DNA of 64,000 nucleotides, from positions 6,651-70,650 of IMG/VR virus record IMGVR_UViG_3300020112_000486; one strand, 5' to 3'. The stretch comes from a virus (Duplodnaviria; Caudoviricetes). The translations under genes and the position numbers were made by a program. The first letter of the stretch is position 1. Each line of letters begins with the position of its first letter. This document shows, in pieces, positions 20,601-29,302 of this stretch. Below the pieces are notes generated by a model. The model was not told the DNA's origin. It saw only the letters and a list, made by a program, of their open reading frames with translations, and ran no database searches.

Positions 20601-20737
20601 CAACATCAGTTGTTGAAGATGCCGATGATCCGCATATCATGCTCGTTAACATCACTGTTAAGCCTGCTGAATCTATCGAGTTCATCGATGTTAAGATTAC
20701 CGTAACTCGTGATTCTGTAACTACTGAAGAAGGCTAA
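17624..20737 (+). CDS. gp18: Tail sheath protein with large central insertion
   Basis: YSVPGIRFTEIDNS..KGPVN..FGQP N-terminus; PWMAPAGVQRG, LYDNNIN, WGQKT, RINVRR, KPAESIEFI C-terminus. Confidence 0.93.
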   Translation: MAKYSVPGIRFTEIDNSVRTNAEPGLGIGAIVMKSNKGPVNQRIMTSSYDEFTRIFGQPEELTDYGHFAAENYLTNSNQLFAIRATMGDEQYAQIQYPYTDAEADYRYQSQDVAQFKYISNEDASDLVLLDPLDGSDPVADLHTFTGSNEYTAPNADRHFYLNQKAQFCTIKDLITDAAPAIAVFKTVGDGTQSMTDIAPVSAGAGVYVEYAQNVAKDGTITKKYDDLIFKKSVWDDTSKKIAANQCIIPTTAYVETDPQGVEVKGYKVQFTVPSADTLDEHNVAVTCWLTDSCVVDLSAGNLSYAEVFRNSNFYKGKLDTSALGFCEDPAPATKLEFLDWDDMNTKTYYVKNDEIANTVGQAAAIAYREYGMADTAEALVMADEGHYKLNVRKIPDVVRQEEKLSPEGVVIEEDGRKFMTRIASEYGLELADINNDKYSLLEYCDVWSGKLNDTSDTEQKAYADEIRCYKIIYSDSMDGYFSDPTKYNENLFWIISKKDSRKAQALSVYTAALPDLVTVPWQDGMINDHASDANKTAITKMIAYPTSEVLNGTNGTYKDGYTMTMESDEEPGNGDVEQYVSNKQNQLIITSIGPGKYGNDIGVSIITTECADVPALNHQNAFCWKYKYDDEDLVNADDPSVDFTWKKVYRINVYAKLKTQTAEAAWGTGMDALLKDPVESWFVSNDPQAKDGEGNSLYAPNVINGHSEYIYVSRASVTDAMTGNGQYAQPVQTYAIYGLTGGTNSKKNNIAEKTAALKLYADRQKSDFDILFNVEAIDTFNGKQRYASHQRKIAEIAAARTMDIGVVQLTSKESKTVKRQLSEGKGFSFNNGSYVAPYAGYDKYYNSVLASWIYLPKSIAGACAMANCDMRYYPWMAPAGVQRGTITYTSNQLARLSDDEIGQLYDNNINTSRLCGAYGEVLWGQKTALKKESALNRINVRRCMNYIEKQLEQMMTPYLFQQNTANTRASAKNSIDSFLSRVKAAEGVIDYATSVVEDADDPHIMLVNITVKPAESIEFIDVKITVTRDSVTTEEG

Positions 20738-20767
20738 TCGCTAACTTAATCAAAACGGACAATTTTG

Positions 20768-20796
20768 AACCTGCTCAGAAATGGGCAGGTTTTTTG
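20768..20796 (+). terminator. Intrinsic terminator
   Basis: AACCTGCTCA-GAAA-TGGGCAGGTT + T-run. Confidence 0.85.
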
Positions 20797-20846
20797 TTAT
20801 ATTTTGTTGGTATAAATACTATATAAATTTATTAGTGAGGTGATTT

Positions 20847-22121
20847 ATGTGTGACATTAGATGGGTATCATTTCAGCCGCTCGTGGGAGGAATGGTTCTC
20901 GGCGCAGAAAATGCTTTTGGCTGCAAGCCGGTTTGTAACATTGACTTTGAAGGCCCAGATAAAGGCAATTCGTCTGCCTATATGTATTATCAGAACGAAG
21001 TAAAGAAGGCTAATTTGAAGCACTTGATTCTTAATGGTGGTATTCTTTCAATGAGCACTGAATTTAAGGATCCAGCTGACGAAGAATGGTTTGTTAAGAA
21101 CTGCCAGAACATTGATGTTGTTTCAGCAGTGCCTATCTGCTCAGGTTTGTCTGCAGCTAACGCAGTTAATGATAGTTCAAAGTCTACTAAGCGTGGTGCT
21201 GATGCCCAGCAGAATAACAATATGTATGGTATCGCAAAGATGACTTTTGAACGCATCAAGCCAAAGGTATTCATCTTTGAAAATGCTCCTGCTTTGTTTA
21301 CCAACTGTGGCAAGCCTGTCCGTGATAAGATTATGGAAATGGGCACCGCAAATGGCTACTGCGTTACTTGGGTAAAGACAAATACCAATAAGCACGGCAA
21401 CCCGCAGTATCGTTCTCGTACATTTGGTATCTTCTGGAAGGATACACAGACACCGCAGCTTAAGTATGTGAATAAGCCGCATGCTTCTATCATTGAATAC
21501 CTAAGCGCCATTGACCCTAAGGCAGAATACAATACATTGGAATATGCCAATAACACAAAAGTTGGCGAAAGCGGTTGGTATAAGTACGCTAAGGCTAAGT
21601 TTGGTGACAACTGGCGTGACTGTATCGCTGGTAAGCTTGGATTCTGGGCACCGTTCCTTTCTGAATTTAGCAAGACAGGCAAATATGACTTCTCTGAACT
21701 TAAGCCTTATCTGAATGAAAAGGAATTGAAGATGGTTGAACACATTGAATATAAGCTCTCAATTCATAAGGGCTTTATGGACTGTTCAACACCTGTCTAT
21801 AAGGGACCAAACGATATTCCGACCGTATTCCACCGCCATATTCAAACGCTTGTACACCCAACAGAACTTCGTGGTTACACACTTCGTGAATTGATGAAGT
21901 TCATGGGTATGCCTGATGATTTCGTCTGGCCGAACGCTAAGAAGACACATATTTGGGTATCGCAGAACGTTCCTGTTGTTACTTCTCAGGATTGGCACGC
22001 TCAAATTCGTGAATACCTTGAAGGAAAGCTTCCGGGCACAGGCGAAAAGGAAACATACTTTAACAATGAAAAGGGTGAACCTGAAAAATCATTGTTAGAA
22101 GACATGTTGAATAACGGTTAA
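20847..22121 (+). CDS. DNA (cytosine-5)-methyltransferase, divergent motifs
   Basis: FQPLVGG (motif I variant), VPICSGLS (IV), FIFENAPAL (VI), PQYRSRTF (VIII), RELMKFMGMPDDF (IX), SQNVP (X). Confidence 0.8.
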   Translation: MCDIRWVSFQPLVGGMVLGAENAFGCKPVCNIDFEGPDKGNSSAYMYYQNEVKKANLKHLILNGGILSMSTEFKDPADEEWFVKNCQNIDVVSAVPICSGLSAANAVNDSSKSTKRGADAQQNNNMYGIAKMTFERIKPKVFIFENAPALFTNCGKPVRDKIMEMGTANGYCVTWVKTNTNKHGNPQYRSRTFGIFWKDTQTPQLKYVNKPHASIIEYLSAIDPKAEYNTLEYANNTKVGESGWYKYAKAKFGDNWRDCIAGKLGFWAPFLSEFSKTGKYDFSELKPYLNEKELKMVEHIEYKLSIHKGFMDCSTPVYKGPNDIPTVFHRHIQTLVHPTELRGYTLRELMKFMGMPDDFVWPNAKKTHIWVSQNVPVVTSQDWHAQIREYLEGKLPGTGEKETYFNNEKGEPEKSLLEDMLNNG

Positions 22122-22228
22122 TAAACTGTACATAGACGGTCAATAAGAATTGGCCGTCTTTTTAGTCTTAAGAAATTATTTTGTTATCAGTTTAGCAAAA
22201 CCAACATAAACTTTATTAAATTTGTTAT

Positions 22229-23986
22229 ATGAATAAAGAAGAAATCATTGAACAATGTGAAACATGGGCGAAGGCCAACCTTGACCCAGACTTTGAATTT
22301 AGAAAATACCAGCTTGAGTCAATAGTCTGCATTATTGAGCGTGTTATTGGTAAAGTAAAAACACAAGTCATGAATGCACCAACAGGCTCAGGCAAATCGC
22401 TGACTGCTATTATTGCGGCTGGCGTGCTTTGGGAGTATTATAAGAAAAGAACATACATTCTTGTTTCTGACCTTAGCTTGTTTGACCAGTATGAACAGGA
22501 TCTTGCTCGCTATAACCTTCCTTGGGGTCACCTCAAAGGTAAAGACAATTATGTTTGTGCAAGAAATGGCAATATCGTCAGTTGTGGTGAATGTGCTTTG
22601 AATATGGTGGGTACAACTGTCCTTAGTGACGAGGCTCAGGCAGCCCAGCGTGGTTATGACTGTGCTAAAAACTGTGAATACATCAAGATGCGAAATCTTG
22701 CTATCAAGGCACCTGTCACTGTTATGACATACCAGCTGTATTTGATACAAAGGAATTATGTTGACACAATGATGGCTGCCGCAACAGGTGAAGCACCGTT
22801 TCCAGCCCGTGATTTTGTTATCTGCGATGAAGCTCATAAACTGCCTGATATTATTCAGAACCACTTCGCACCTCGTATTCCGACTAAAGAACCTGAATTT
22901 ATGAAGACGCTGAATGAATATGCTAAGAAGCATAAACTAGCTGTTCCGAATAGCAAACAGGTTACCACTATTTCAGCTAACATACAGGCAACTGATAATC
23001 ATAATGCTATCATTGCTATTATGCAGCGTTATAGCAACCTATTGTCGCAGTATACTTCCATTAACGAAGAAGTTCGCAAGTTTGCCCAGGCGTCAAAACA
23101 GTTTAAGACACTGAACAAATACCTAGCTGCTGGAAATCTTGCTAGGGAATGTAATTGTAAGTTTGGTGACTTCCTTGCTTTGTGTGGTGAACTAGGTAAT
23201 TCTATTGCCGTAAAAACTGATGGTGAAGATGAAACGGTAATCAACTGTACTTATGAAGGACAAATGATTACGAAGTACTTCCATAATGTCAGTGAATGTG
23301 AATTGCTTATGAGTGCTACTTTAGGAAACCTCCAAATGTACCGCGAATGTATCGGGCTAAAGAATGCTGATGATGATATGTATAGAGGGTTGGATATTCC
23401 GTCTACATTTGACTTCAGTAAATCACCTATCTATTTCAGCGACAAGAACCCGATGAGCTATAAGGAAAAAGCAACAAGCATTGGACCAATTTGTCAGCAG
23501 ATAGCCGCTATTATTAAGACCCACAAGGGACAGCGAGGTATTATCCAAACGGGTAATTACGAGAACTCACGAAAGCTCATGGAGAAGCTTCCAGCCGATC
23601 TTAAAAAGCGCATTATTCTTTACGGTTCAGCAAAAGAGAAAAATTATGCAATGTCAAAATACCTAAATTCCACTGACGGCATTCTTGTTGGACCTACATT
23701 GCTTGAAGGCTTGAACTTTGATGGCGATAAATGCAGGTTCTGTATTTGTATGAAATTGCCGTATGGTAATTTGTCCAATAATCTTGTGGCAGCTAAAATG
23801 AAATTGATACCTGATTGGTATAGCTATGACTGTGCGGCTCGCCTTGAACAAGGCTTTGGCCGAGGCGTTCGTTATAATGGTGACTGGTGTGTAAACTATA
23901 TCCTAGATGGCTGCATAGCCAATTTCCTACGATACAGTTCAAATCAGTTTAGTAGAAACACAATGGCAAGGTTTAAAAAACTATAG
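22229..23986 (+). CDS. DinG/YoaA-like SF2 helicase
   Basis: NAPTGSGKS, LKGKDNYVC + Cys cluster, ICDEAHKL, MSATL, EGLNF, QGFGRGVR. Confidence 0.88.
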   Translation: MNKEEIIEQCETWAKANLDPDFEFRKYQLESIVCIIERVIGKVKTQVMNAPTGSGKSLTAIIAAGVLWEYYKKRTYILVSDLSLFDQYEQDLARYNLPWGHLKGKDNYVCARNGNIVSCGECALNMVGTTVLSDEAQAAQRGYDCAKNCEYIKMRNLAIKAPVTVMTYQLYLIQRNYVDTMMAAATGEAPFPARDFVICDEAHKLPDIIQNHFAPRIPTKEPEFMKTLNEYAKKHKLAVPNSKQVTTISANIQATDNHNAIIAIMQRYSNLLSQYTSINEEVRKFAQASKQFKTLNKYLAAGNLARECNCKFGDFLALCGELGNSIAVKTDGEDETVINCTYEGQMITKYFHNVSECELLMSATLGNLQMYRECIGLKNADDDMYRGLDIPSTFDFSKSPIYFSDKNPMSYKEKATSIGPICQQIAAIIKTHKGQRGIIQTGNYENSRKLMEKLPADLKKRIILYGSAKEKNYAMSKYLNSTDGILVGPTLLEGLNFDGDKCRFCICMKLPYGNLSNNLVAAKMKLIPDWYSYDCAARLEQGFGRGVRYNGDWCVNYILDGCIANFLRYSSNQFSRNTMARFKKL

Positions 23987-24076
23987 TAGAAAATTATGTC
24001 TTTAAACATTGAACGACTCAATGATGACATTGGGCATTATGAAAGAGTCCAAAAGGCTGAAAGCTAAGTAGCACCT

Positions 24077-24115
24077 AACTAAACCTCTAGTAATAAATAT
24101 ATTAGAGGTTTAGTT
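24077..24115 (+). promoter_or_regulatory. RBS-occluding hairpin with late promoter in the loop
   Basis: 13-bp AACTAAACCTCTA/TAGAGGTTTAGTT; loop contains AATAAATA; 3' arm holds GAGG SD of gp13. Confidence 0.8.
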
Positions 24116-24116
24116 T

Positions 24117-24986
24117 ATGATGAATTTTAAAGATCCGCGTCCTGTGCCGCCATCTCCGGCTCCATACGATCCTAAGCGTCAGCCGGATCCACAGCCAGGC
24201 AATTATTGTGCAGCCCAAGATGGCTTTATGGCTGCTCATCGTATTCAGAATGTAGCTGAACTGCGTGCTTATATCAAAAGACAGCTTGGTTCTCCTGTTA
24301 TTTGTGTTGAAATTTCTGACGAACAGCTAGATGATGTTATCCGCGATACTGTTCAGTATATTCAGCGCTATTATCTAGGTCAGGGTAATTACAGCGATTA
24401 CCTTATTATGGAATTGCAGCCAGGTGTTTCCAAGTATAAATTGTGTCAGGAATTAGAGTCAGTTGTTGACTTCAAGACTTCCAATTATTTTGGCGGCATT
24501 AACGAACTTTTCACCGTTCCGCATGCTTTGCTATATGACCAGGTTATGGGCATGAACTGCTGGCAGGGTAACTGCTTTGGTAACTCAGCTTCCTATGGTA
24601 ACATTTTGGGTAACTGGAAGGCAACCTTGACATGGCTTGCTGAAGCTGACGAAATGTTTGGTGAACATTATGTTGTTCGCTACAATGAAAAAGAAAAAGA
24701 GCTTGAAGTTATGCCTCCGCCAAAAACACCAGTTAAGGGTATGCTGAAGGTTTACAAGCGTCAGCGTTCAGAAAAGATTTTCAATGACTGGATGTTCAAA
24801 AGAATGGTTGTTGCTGCTGCAGGTATGGTATGGACCAACGCCCTTAGAAAATATCAGTTAGCAATTTCTGGTGGTGGTTCCTTGAACGCTGACTCACTTT
24901 ATACAACATACAAAGAAAACTGGGATTGGTGCGTGGAACACATTGAACTTGAAAGTCCTAATGGGCATTGTTTCGCCGTCGGCTGA
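24117..24986 (+). CDS. gp13: Neck protein (T4 gp13-like)
   Basis: LRAYIKRQLGSPVICVEISDEQLDDVI...WTNALRKY...GGGSLNA. Confidence 0.85.
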   Translation: MMNFKDPRPVPPSPAPYDPKRQPDPQPGNYCAAQDGFMAAHRIQNVAELRAYIKRQLGSPVICVEISDEQLDDVIRDTVQYIQRYYLGQGNYSDYLIMELQPGVSKYKLCQELESVVDFKTSNYFGGINELFTVPHALLYDQVMGMNCWQGNCFGNSASYGNILGNWKATLTWLAEADEMFGEHYVVRYNEKEKELEVMPPPKTPVKGMLKVYKRQRSEKIFNDWMFKRMVVAAAGMVWTNALRKYQLAISGGGSLNADSLYTTYKENWDWCVEHIELESPNGHCFAVG

Positions 24987-25023
24987 TTTTTTGATGCTAA
25001 CTTTATCATATTTTTGTATCCTT

Positions 25024-25057
25024 TATAAATAAATTAGACGAACTGGTAATTCGTCTA
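25024..25057 (+). promoter_or_regulatory. Late promoter + hairpin B (loop CTGGTAA)
   Basis: TATAAATA 25024-25031; TAGACGAA/TTCGTCTA perfect 8-bp stem. Confidence 0.7.
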
Positions 25058-25067
25058 TAAATAAAGG

Positions 25068-26093
25068 ATGCAAAACATGGGTAAAAATGTAGATTTTATT
25101 ATAGCAGTCAAGTCACAAGCTGACTTGACTTTTGCGAAAACAACATACAGTAATAAAACAAAAATTCTCGTTCATTGTTCTGATTGTAATATACCGCTTT
25201 TAAAAGCGCTGAAGAAAATTGATAAAAATGATACTTTAGACGATTTGCGGTGTAGACGCTGTGGTATAAGACACGCTGTGTTTCAAAAATATGGCTGCGT
25301 AAATGTTTTTCAGTTAGCAACAGTAAAAAATAAGTCAAAAGAAACATCATTTCAAAACTGTGGTTTTGAATATGCGTCACAGTCACCCGAGTTCCGAGCA
25401 AATGTAAAAAATACATGTATGCGGAAATACGGTGTTGAAAACATTACTCAATCTGAATTTTTTAAAGAAAAAGCACGTGAAACTAGACTTTTGAAAAATG
25501 AAGGACAATATAGGAACAAAACTGAAATAGAAAAACAGCAAGAAACCTGCCTTAGTAAATATGGCACAAAAGCGTGCTGGAATTTACCAGAAGTTAGAAA
25601 GACACAAAAAGCTACATTTCTCGCAAGATACGGCAAAACTCATTTTTTACATACAGAAAAATATATTGATGTAATGACTGAGAAATATGGTGTAAGTAAT
25701 CCTGATTATTCGCATGAAATTAGAACAAAAATGCGACAAAAGTATCTGTATAAAAACGTCGGATTTGATAGCAGCTGGGAATTAGCACTTTATATTTGGT
25801 TAGAAGATTCATCCGTGCCGTTTATATACCAACCACCTGGTATATCATACATGCATAATAATGAGCCGCATACTTATTATCCTGATTTTTTACTAGCCGA
25901 TGATACTTATATAGAAATAAAAAATCCTGCATTATTATTGAGGATGCAAAATGAAACATCACTAGAACATTCAAAATACCTATGTATGATTAACAACAAT
26001 GTACAAATTATATCAAACTGTGATGAATATCTTAAATATGTTACCCATAAATATGGTAAGAATTATCTAAAAAGTTTTAAAAAGGACAAGTAG
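25068..26093 (+). CDS. Free-standing homing-endonuclease-like protein (TxLxKYG repeats + PD-(D/E)xK nuclease)
   Basis: Repeats TCMRKYGV/TCLSKYG/TFLARYG; FDSSWELALYIW...YYPDFLL...YIEIK; C-terminus KYGKNYLKSFK shared with 3345. Confidence 0.75.
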   Translation: MQNMGKNVDFIIAVKSQADLTFAKTTYSNKTKILVHCSDCNIPLLKALKKIDKNDTLDDLRCRRCGIRHAVFQKYGCVNVFQLATVKNKSKETSFQNCGFEYASQSPEFRANVKNTCMRKYGVENITQSEFFKEKARETRLLKNEGQYRNKTEIEKQQETCLSKYGTKACWNLPEVRKTQKATFLARYGKTHFLHTEKYIDVMTEKYGVSNPDYSHEIRTKMRQKYLYKNVGFDSSWELALYIWLEDSSVPFIYQPPGISYMHNNEPHTYYPDFLLADDTYIEIKNPALLLRMQNETSLEHSKYLCMINNNVQIISNCDEYLKYVTHKYGKNYLKSFKKDK

Positions 26094-26154
26094 GTTTACA
26101 TGTTTTGCCTACCTGGAGACTCTTTACCAGAGAGTCTCCTAACTTTTATAAATA
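26084..26154 (+). promoter_or_regulatory. Hairpin module A (loop TTACCAG) + late promoter
   Basis: GGACA-GTAGG/CCTAC stem, GGAGACTCT/AGAGTCTCC stem, CTAAC, TATAAATA 26147-26154. Confidence 0.7.
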
Positions 26155-26158
26155 TGAT

Positions 26159-26824
26159 ATGGATGGTAAAATGCTATTATCTGAAGCAAATCAAATACTT
26201 AATTCGGCTGGGTATAGCCTTATCTGTGAGGAGTTTGAAAAGGTAACTCCTGAAATCCTAGATAAGGTTACTCAGCGTGTTTCTGACCATATTACTCGTG
26301 TTAAGCATTTCTATAATGTGTTGCTTAATAGTAATATGATTCCTGCTGAATACAAAAATACAGCAAGCGTAATGAAACATGACCGAGACAAGCTAGATCC
26401 GCGTAATCTTAAAAGACAAGCATTGCGTTACTGCTATACTGAAGAAGAAATGACACCTGAAATTAAGCATGAAATTAACGCAGTGGTTCATGAACACGTA
26501 ACTGCTAATAAGCATCACGCTGAATACTGGTGGTCAGGTGACTGGAAAGACAGGAATCAAGACTGTACATCAATGCCGCTTGAATACATTTATGAAATGA
26601 TGGCTGATTGGGCTGCTACTGCGGAAGAGCGTGGAACCTCGTTAGTCAAATGGTATAAAGACGGCGTAGTTAATGTTGGCGGTGTTCATTGGAAATTTAC
26701 TGATGAGGCTGCTGCTGAAATTGCTAAATGCGTCAATTTCCTTAAAGACAAAATTGACCCATCAATGAAAAGAAACTATGGGCTAACACAAATCGCATCA
26801 TTGACGGCGATGTTAGCTAAATAA
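26159..26824 (+). CDS. HD-like (DUF5662-type) protein with leader tag
   Basis: LLSEANQILNSAGY leader; H..RV, KHDRDK, HEH...KHHAEYW, MPLEYIYEMMADW. Confidence 0.6.
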   Translation: MDGKMLLSEANQILNSAGYSLICEEFEKVTPEILDKVTQRVSDHITRVKHFYNVLLNSNMIPAEYKNTASVMKHDRDKLDPRNLKRQALRYCYTEEEMTPEIKHEINAVVHEHVTANKHHAEYWWSGDWKDRNQDCTSMPLEYIYEMMADWAATAEERGTSLVKWYKDGVVNVGGVHWKFTDEAAAEIAKCVNFLKDKIDPSMKRNYGLTQIASLTAMLAK

Positions 26825-26859
26825 TTTGTCCCGGAGATAGTGCTCTGGAACTTACCCAG

Positions 26860-26889
26860 GCTAGGGAACTTTTGTTCCCTAGCTTTTTT
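26860..26889 (+). terminator. Intrinsic terminator
   Basis: GCTAGGGAAC-TTTT-GTTCCCTAGC + T-run; near-identical stem at 41887. Confidence 0.85.
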
Positions 26890-26945
26890 AGTTTATAGTT
26901 GATTTTTCGCGGCAGTTATATAAATAAATCAAAGGAGATTTTAAT

Positions 26946-27731
26946 ATGGTAGACGCTAAATATCTTTTGCAGGAAGCCAACCTAGGCGACCAGCGCTCAA
27001 TCTGCGAAGACTATAACGGCGAAAAATTCATGTACTTGGAAGGTCCGTTCCTTGGTGCTGAAAAACGTAACCGTAATGGTCGCATTTATAAGCGTTCTCT
27101 TATTGAACGCGAAGTTAACAAGTTCCAGGGTATGATTAAGAATTGTGAAGCTTTTGGTGAATTGAACCACCCAGATTCAGCAGTTCCTAATCCTGACCGT
27201 TTTGGTGTTTTGATTACCAAGCTTGAAATGGATGGTGACCTTGCTATTGGTAAGGCTCGTGTTTTGGAAGAAACACCTTGTGGTCACACAATTCGTGGCA
27301 TTATCCGTGGCGGTGGCCGTTTGGGTATGAGTTCTCGTGGTACAGGTTCTCTAGGCGCAGACAACGTTGTTTGTGAAGACTATAACCTTATCACCATTGA
27401 CTGCGTATTCATGCCTTCTTGCCCAGATGCTTATGTTAACGCTGTTAATGAAAATACCAAGTGGGTTCTTGACGAATCTACTAACCTTTATGTTGATGCA
27501 CAGGTTATTGCTGAAAACAATGCTCGCCGTGCTCAGTCTGGTGGTATCATCAAGCCTATTTCTTCTAATGGTAATGAAGTAATCTACGATGCTGGTAAAG
27601 AATTCAATGCAGCTATCGCAAAGAACGCTTCAAGCGAAAGCATTAAGAAGGCTATGGTTGAATACATCAATACCATCGCTAAGGTAAAGAAAAAGACCTT
27701 CGAAGACAATTTCAGAGATTTCCGTGTATAA
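26946..27731 (+). CDS. gp21: Prohead core protease
   Basis: LEGPFLGAEKRNRNGRIY, GELNHP, GKARVL, GMSSRGTGSL, DCVFMPSCPDAYV. Confidence 0.93.
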   Translation: MVDAKYLLQEANLGDQRSICEDYNGEKFMYLEGPFLGAEKRNRNGRIYKRSLIEREVNKFQGMIKNCEAFGELNHPDSAVPNPDRFGVLITKLEMDGDLAIGKARVLEETPCGHTIRGIIRGGGRLGMSSRGTGSLGADNVVCEDYNLITIDCVFMPSCPDAYVNAVNENTKWVLDESTNLYVDAQVIAENNARRAQSGGIIKPISSNGNEVIYDAGKEFNAAIAKNASSESIKKAMVEYINTIAKVKKKTFEDNFRDFRV

Positions 27732-27740
27732 GGAGAAAAT

Positions 27741-28457
27741 ATGAAATTGAGTGAAGCAAAAGAAATTCTAAAGAAGAACGGATGTATTCTTTCTGAAAAG
27801 AAAACTGATCTTGATGAATCATTCAAGGAATTTGCTGAAAAACAGGGTTATTCATTTATAAATGAAGCTAAGAAAACTGTGACCAAAGTTTTCTTCAAAT
27901 TTACAAAGAGTTCACTTCAGGAGATTGGTATTGACGCTGAAGAATTAAGCGCAGATCCAATTATTGGTAAGTATATTGATTCATCAGAAGACCCTTATTA
28001 TATTTGGGCAGACAATGTGCCAGTCAAGACTGCTAAAGAATGGACTGATAAAAACTATTCAGATGAAGATCAAAAAGAAAAGTGGAATTGGTCACTAAAT
28101 TCAATTTTCAGCAATGAATTTAGCGATACGGTTTATATTTATGAAGCCGGGCAAGGGTGCCCAGATTGGTCTTCAGTTGAAGCTAATGTAAATACACCAC
28201 GCTATGTTGCTTTAGCCGTTAGCACAAAGGGTCTTAAGTACGAACACAATAAAACGATCGCCAATATGCTATATGATGTTGGTGTAGGTGAAGTTATTGA
28301 CGATTATGAAGATGGATATGTATTTGGCGATATTCCGATGAAGGGACTTAAACAGGTTATTGCAAGAATCAAAGTTGAATATCCTGTTTATGGCAAGCGT
28401 CTAAAAGTATTTACTAATGGACAGTTGTCAAAAGACATTACATCTAAATTCGTTTAA
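27741..28457 (+). CDS. Putative internal head protein with leader tag
   Basis: MKLSEAKEILKKNGCILSE. Confidence 0.6.
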   Translation: MKLSEAKEILKKNGCILSEKKTDLDESFKEFAEKQGYSFINEAKKTVTKVFFKFTKSSLQEIGIDAEELSADPIIGKYIDSSEDPYYIWADNVPVKTAKEWTDKNYSDEDQKEKWNWSLNSIFSNEFSDTVYIYEAGQGCPDWSSVEANVNTPRYVALAVSTKGLKYEHNKTIANMLYDVGVGEVIDDYEDGYVFGDIPMKGLKQVIARIKVEYPVYGKRLKVFTNGQLSKDITSKFV

Positions 28458-28549
28458 TAAGATTGTTCCCTGGGCGCGAGCTCGGGACTTACCCGGGTGG
28501 GGGAGGGAAGACAAGGCTCTCCCCACTTTTATCCAAAGGAATTTAATAT

Positions 28550-29149
28550 ATGAATGAAGGATTCTTTAAATCTGCTTACGAACGCTATGTTCAAAAAGTT
28601 CTAAAGCTAGCTGCTAAATTCGCTGGACAACCTATTGAACTAAATGCCAGAGTTGAAGATTGGATTAAAGATTTCTATGAAGATAAATTTGACCCTATAG
28701 ACTGTGCTCGCGCTGTTGCTGACCACTGTCTTAAAGAAGGTTATATAAATACTACCCAAACGTTAAAAGAAGAGGTTAATATGAATAGTGAAGAAGAGTT
28801 GATGATCGCAAAACGCACTGCTGAACGCGCTGGCTACAAGGTTGAAATGCCAAAGCCTTCTGCTCGTGGTGCTATCGCAGATAACGCTGCACGCATTGCA
28901 GCTGCAAAGGCACGCTTTGGTTATGGCGCCGCACCGCAGGCAGCACCTGCTAGATCTGTTGCAGATGATTTGGACCGCTTAGCTTTGGCCGCTCGTACTG
29001 CAGAAAAGGCTGGATATACGGTTCGTAAGATTGACGCTGCCCCGGCACCTGCTCCTGAACCAGCACCTGCACCGCAGGGTGAACCTACTAAGAAGGAATA
29101 CTCTCCTTGGCTTGCTGGCGCTGCAAAATTTATGAGTCGTGAACAGTAA
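28550..29149 (+). CDS. Putative internal head protein with nested in-frame gene
   Basis: Internal TATAAATA (28744), GAGG, in-frame ATG 28781; repeat RTAE(R/K)AGY x2. Confidence 0.55.
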   Translation: MNEGFFKSAYERYVQKVLKLAAKFAGQPIELNARVEDWIKDFYEDKFDPIDCARAVADHCLKEGYINTTQTLKEEVNMNSEEELMIAKRTAERAGYKVEMPKPSARGAIADNAARIAAAKARFGYGAAPQAAPARSVADDLDRLALAARTAEKAGYTVRKIDAAPAPAPEPAPAPQGEPTKKEYSPWLAGAAKFMSREQ

Positions 29150-29302
29150 CGCTAAAAAGAAAATTTTTAGGCGGTCGGTAAATCCGGCCGTCTTTTTTTA
29201 TATTTACATCAGGATTTAATGTAACTGCCTAATAAATAAATCACCATCAAATTTAGTATGTTTATTTGACGTGAATTTATTGTTAGGATAAAAGAGGATA
29301 AT

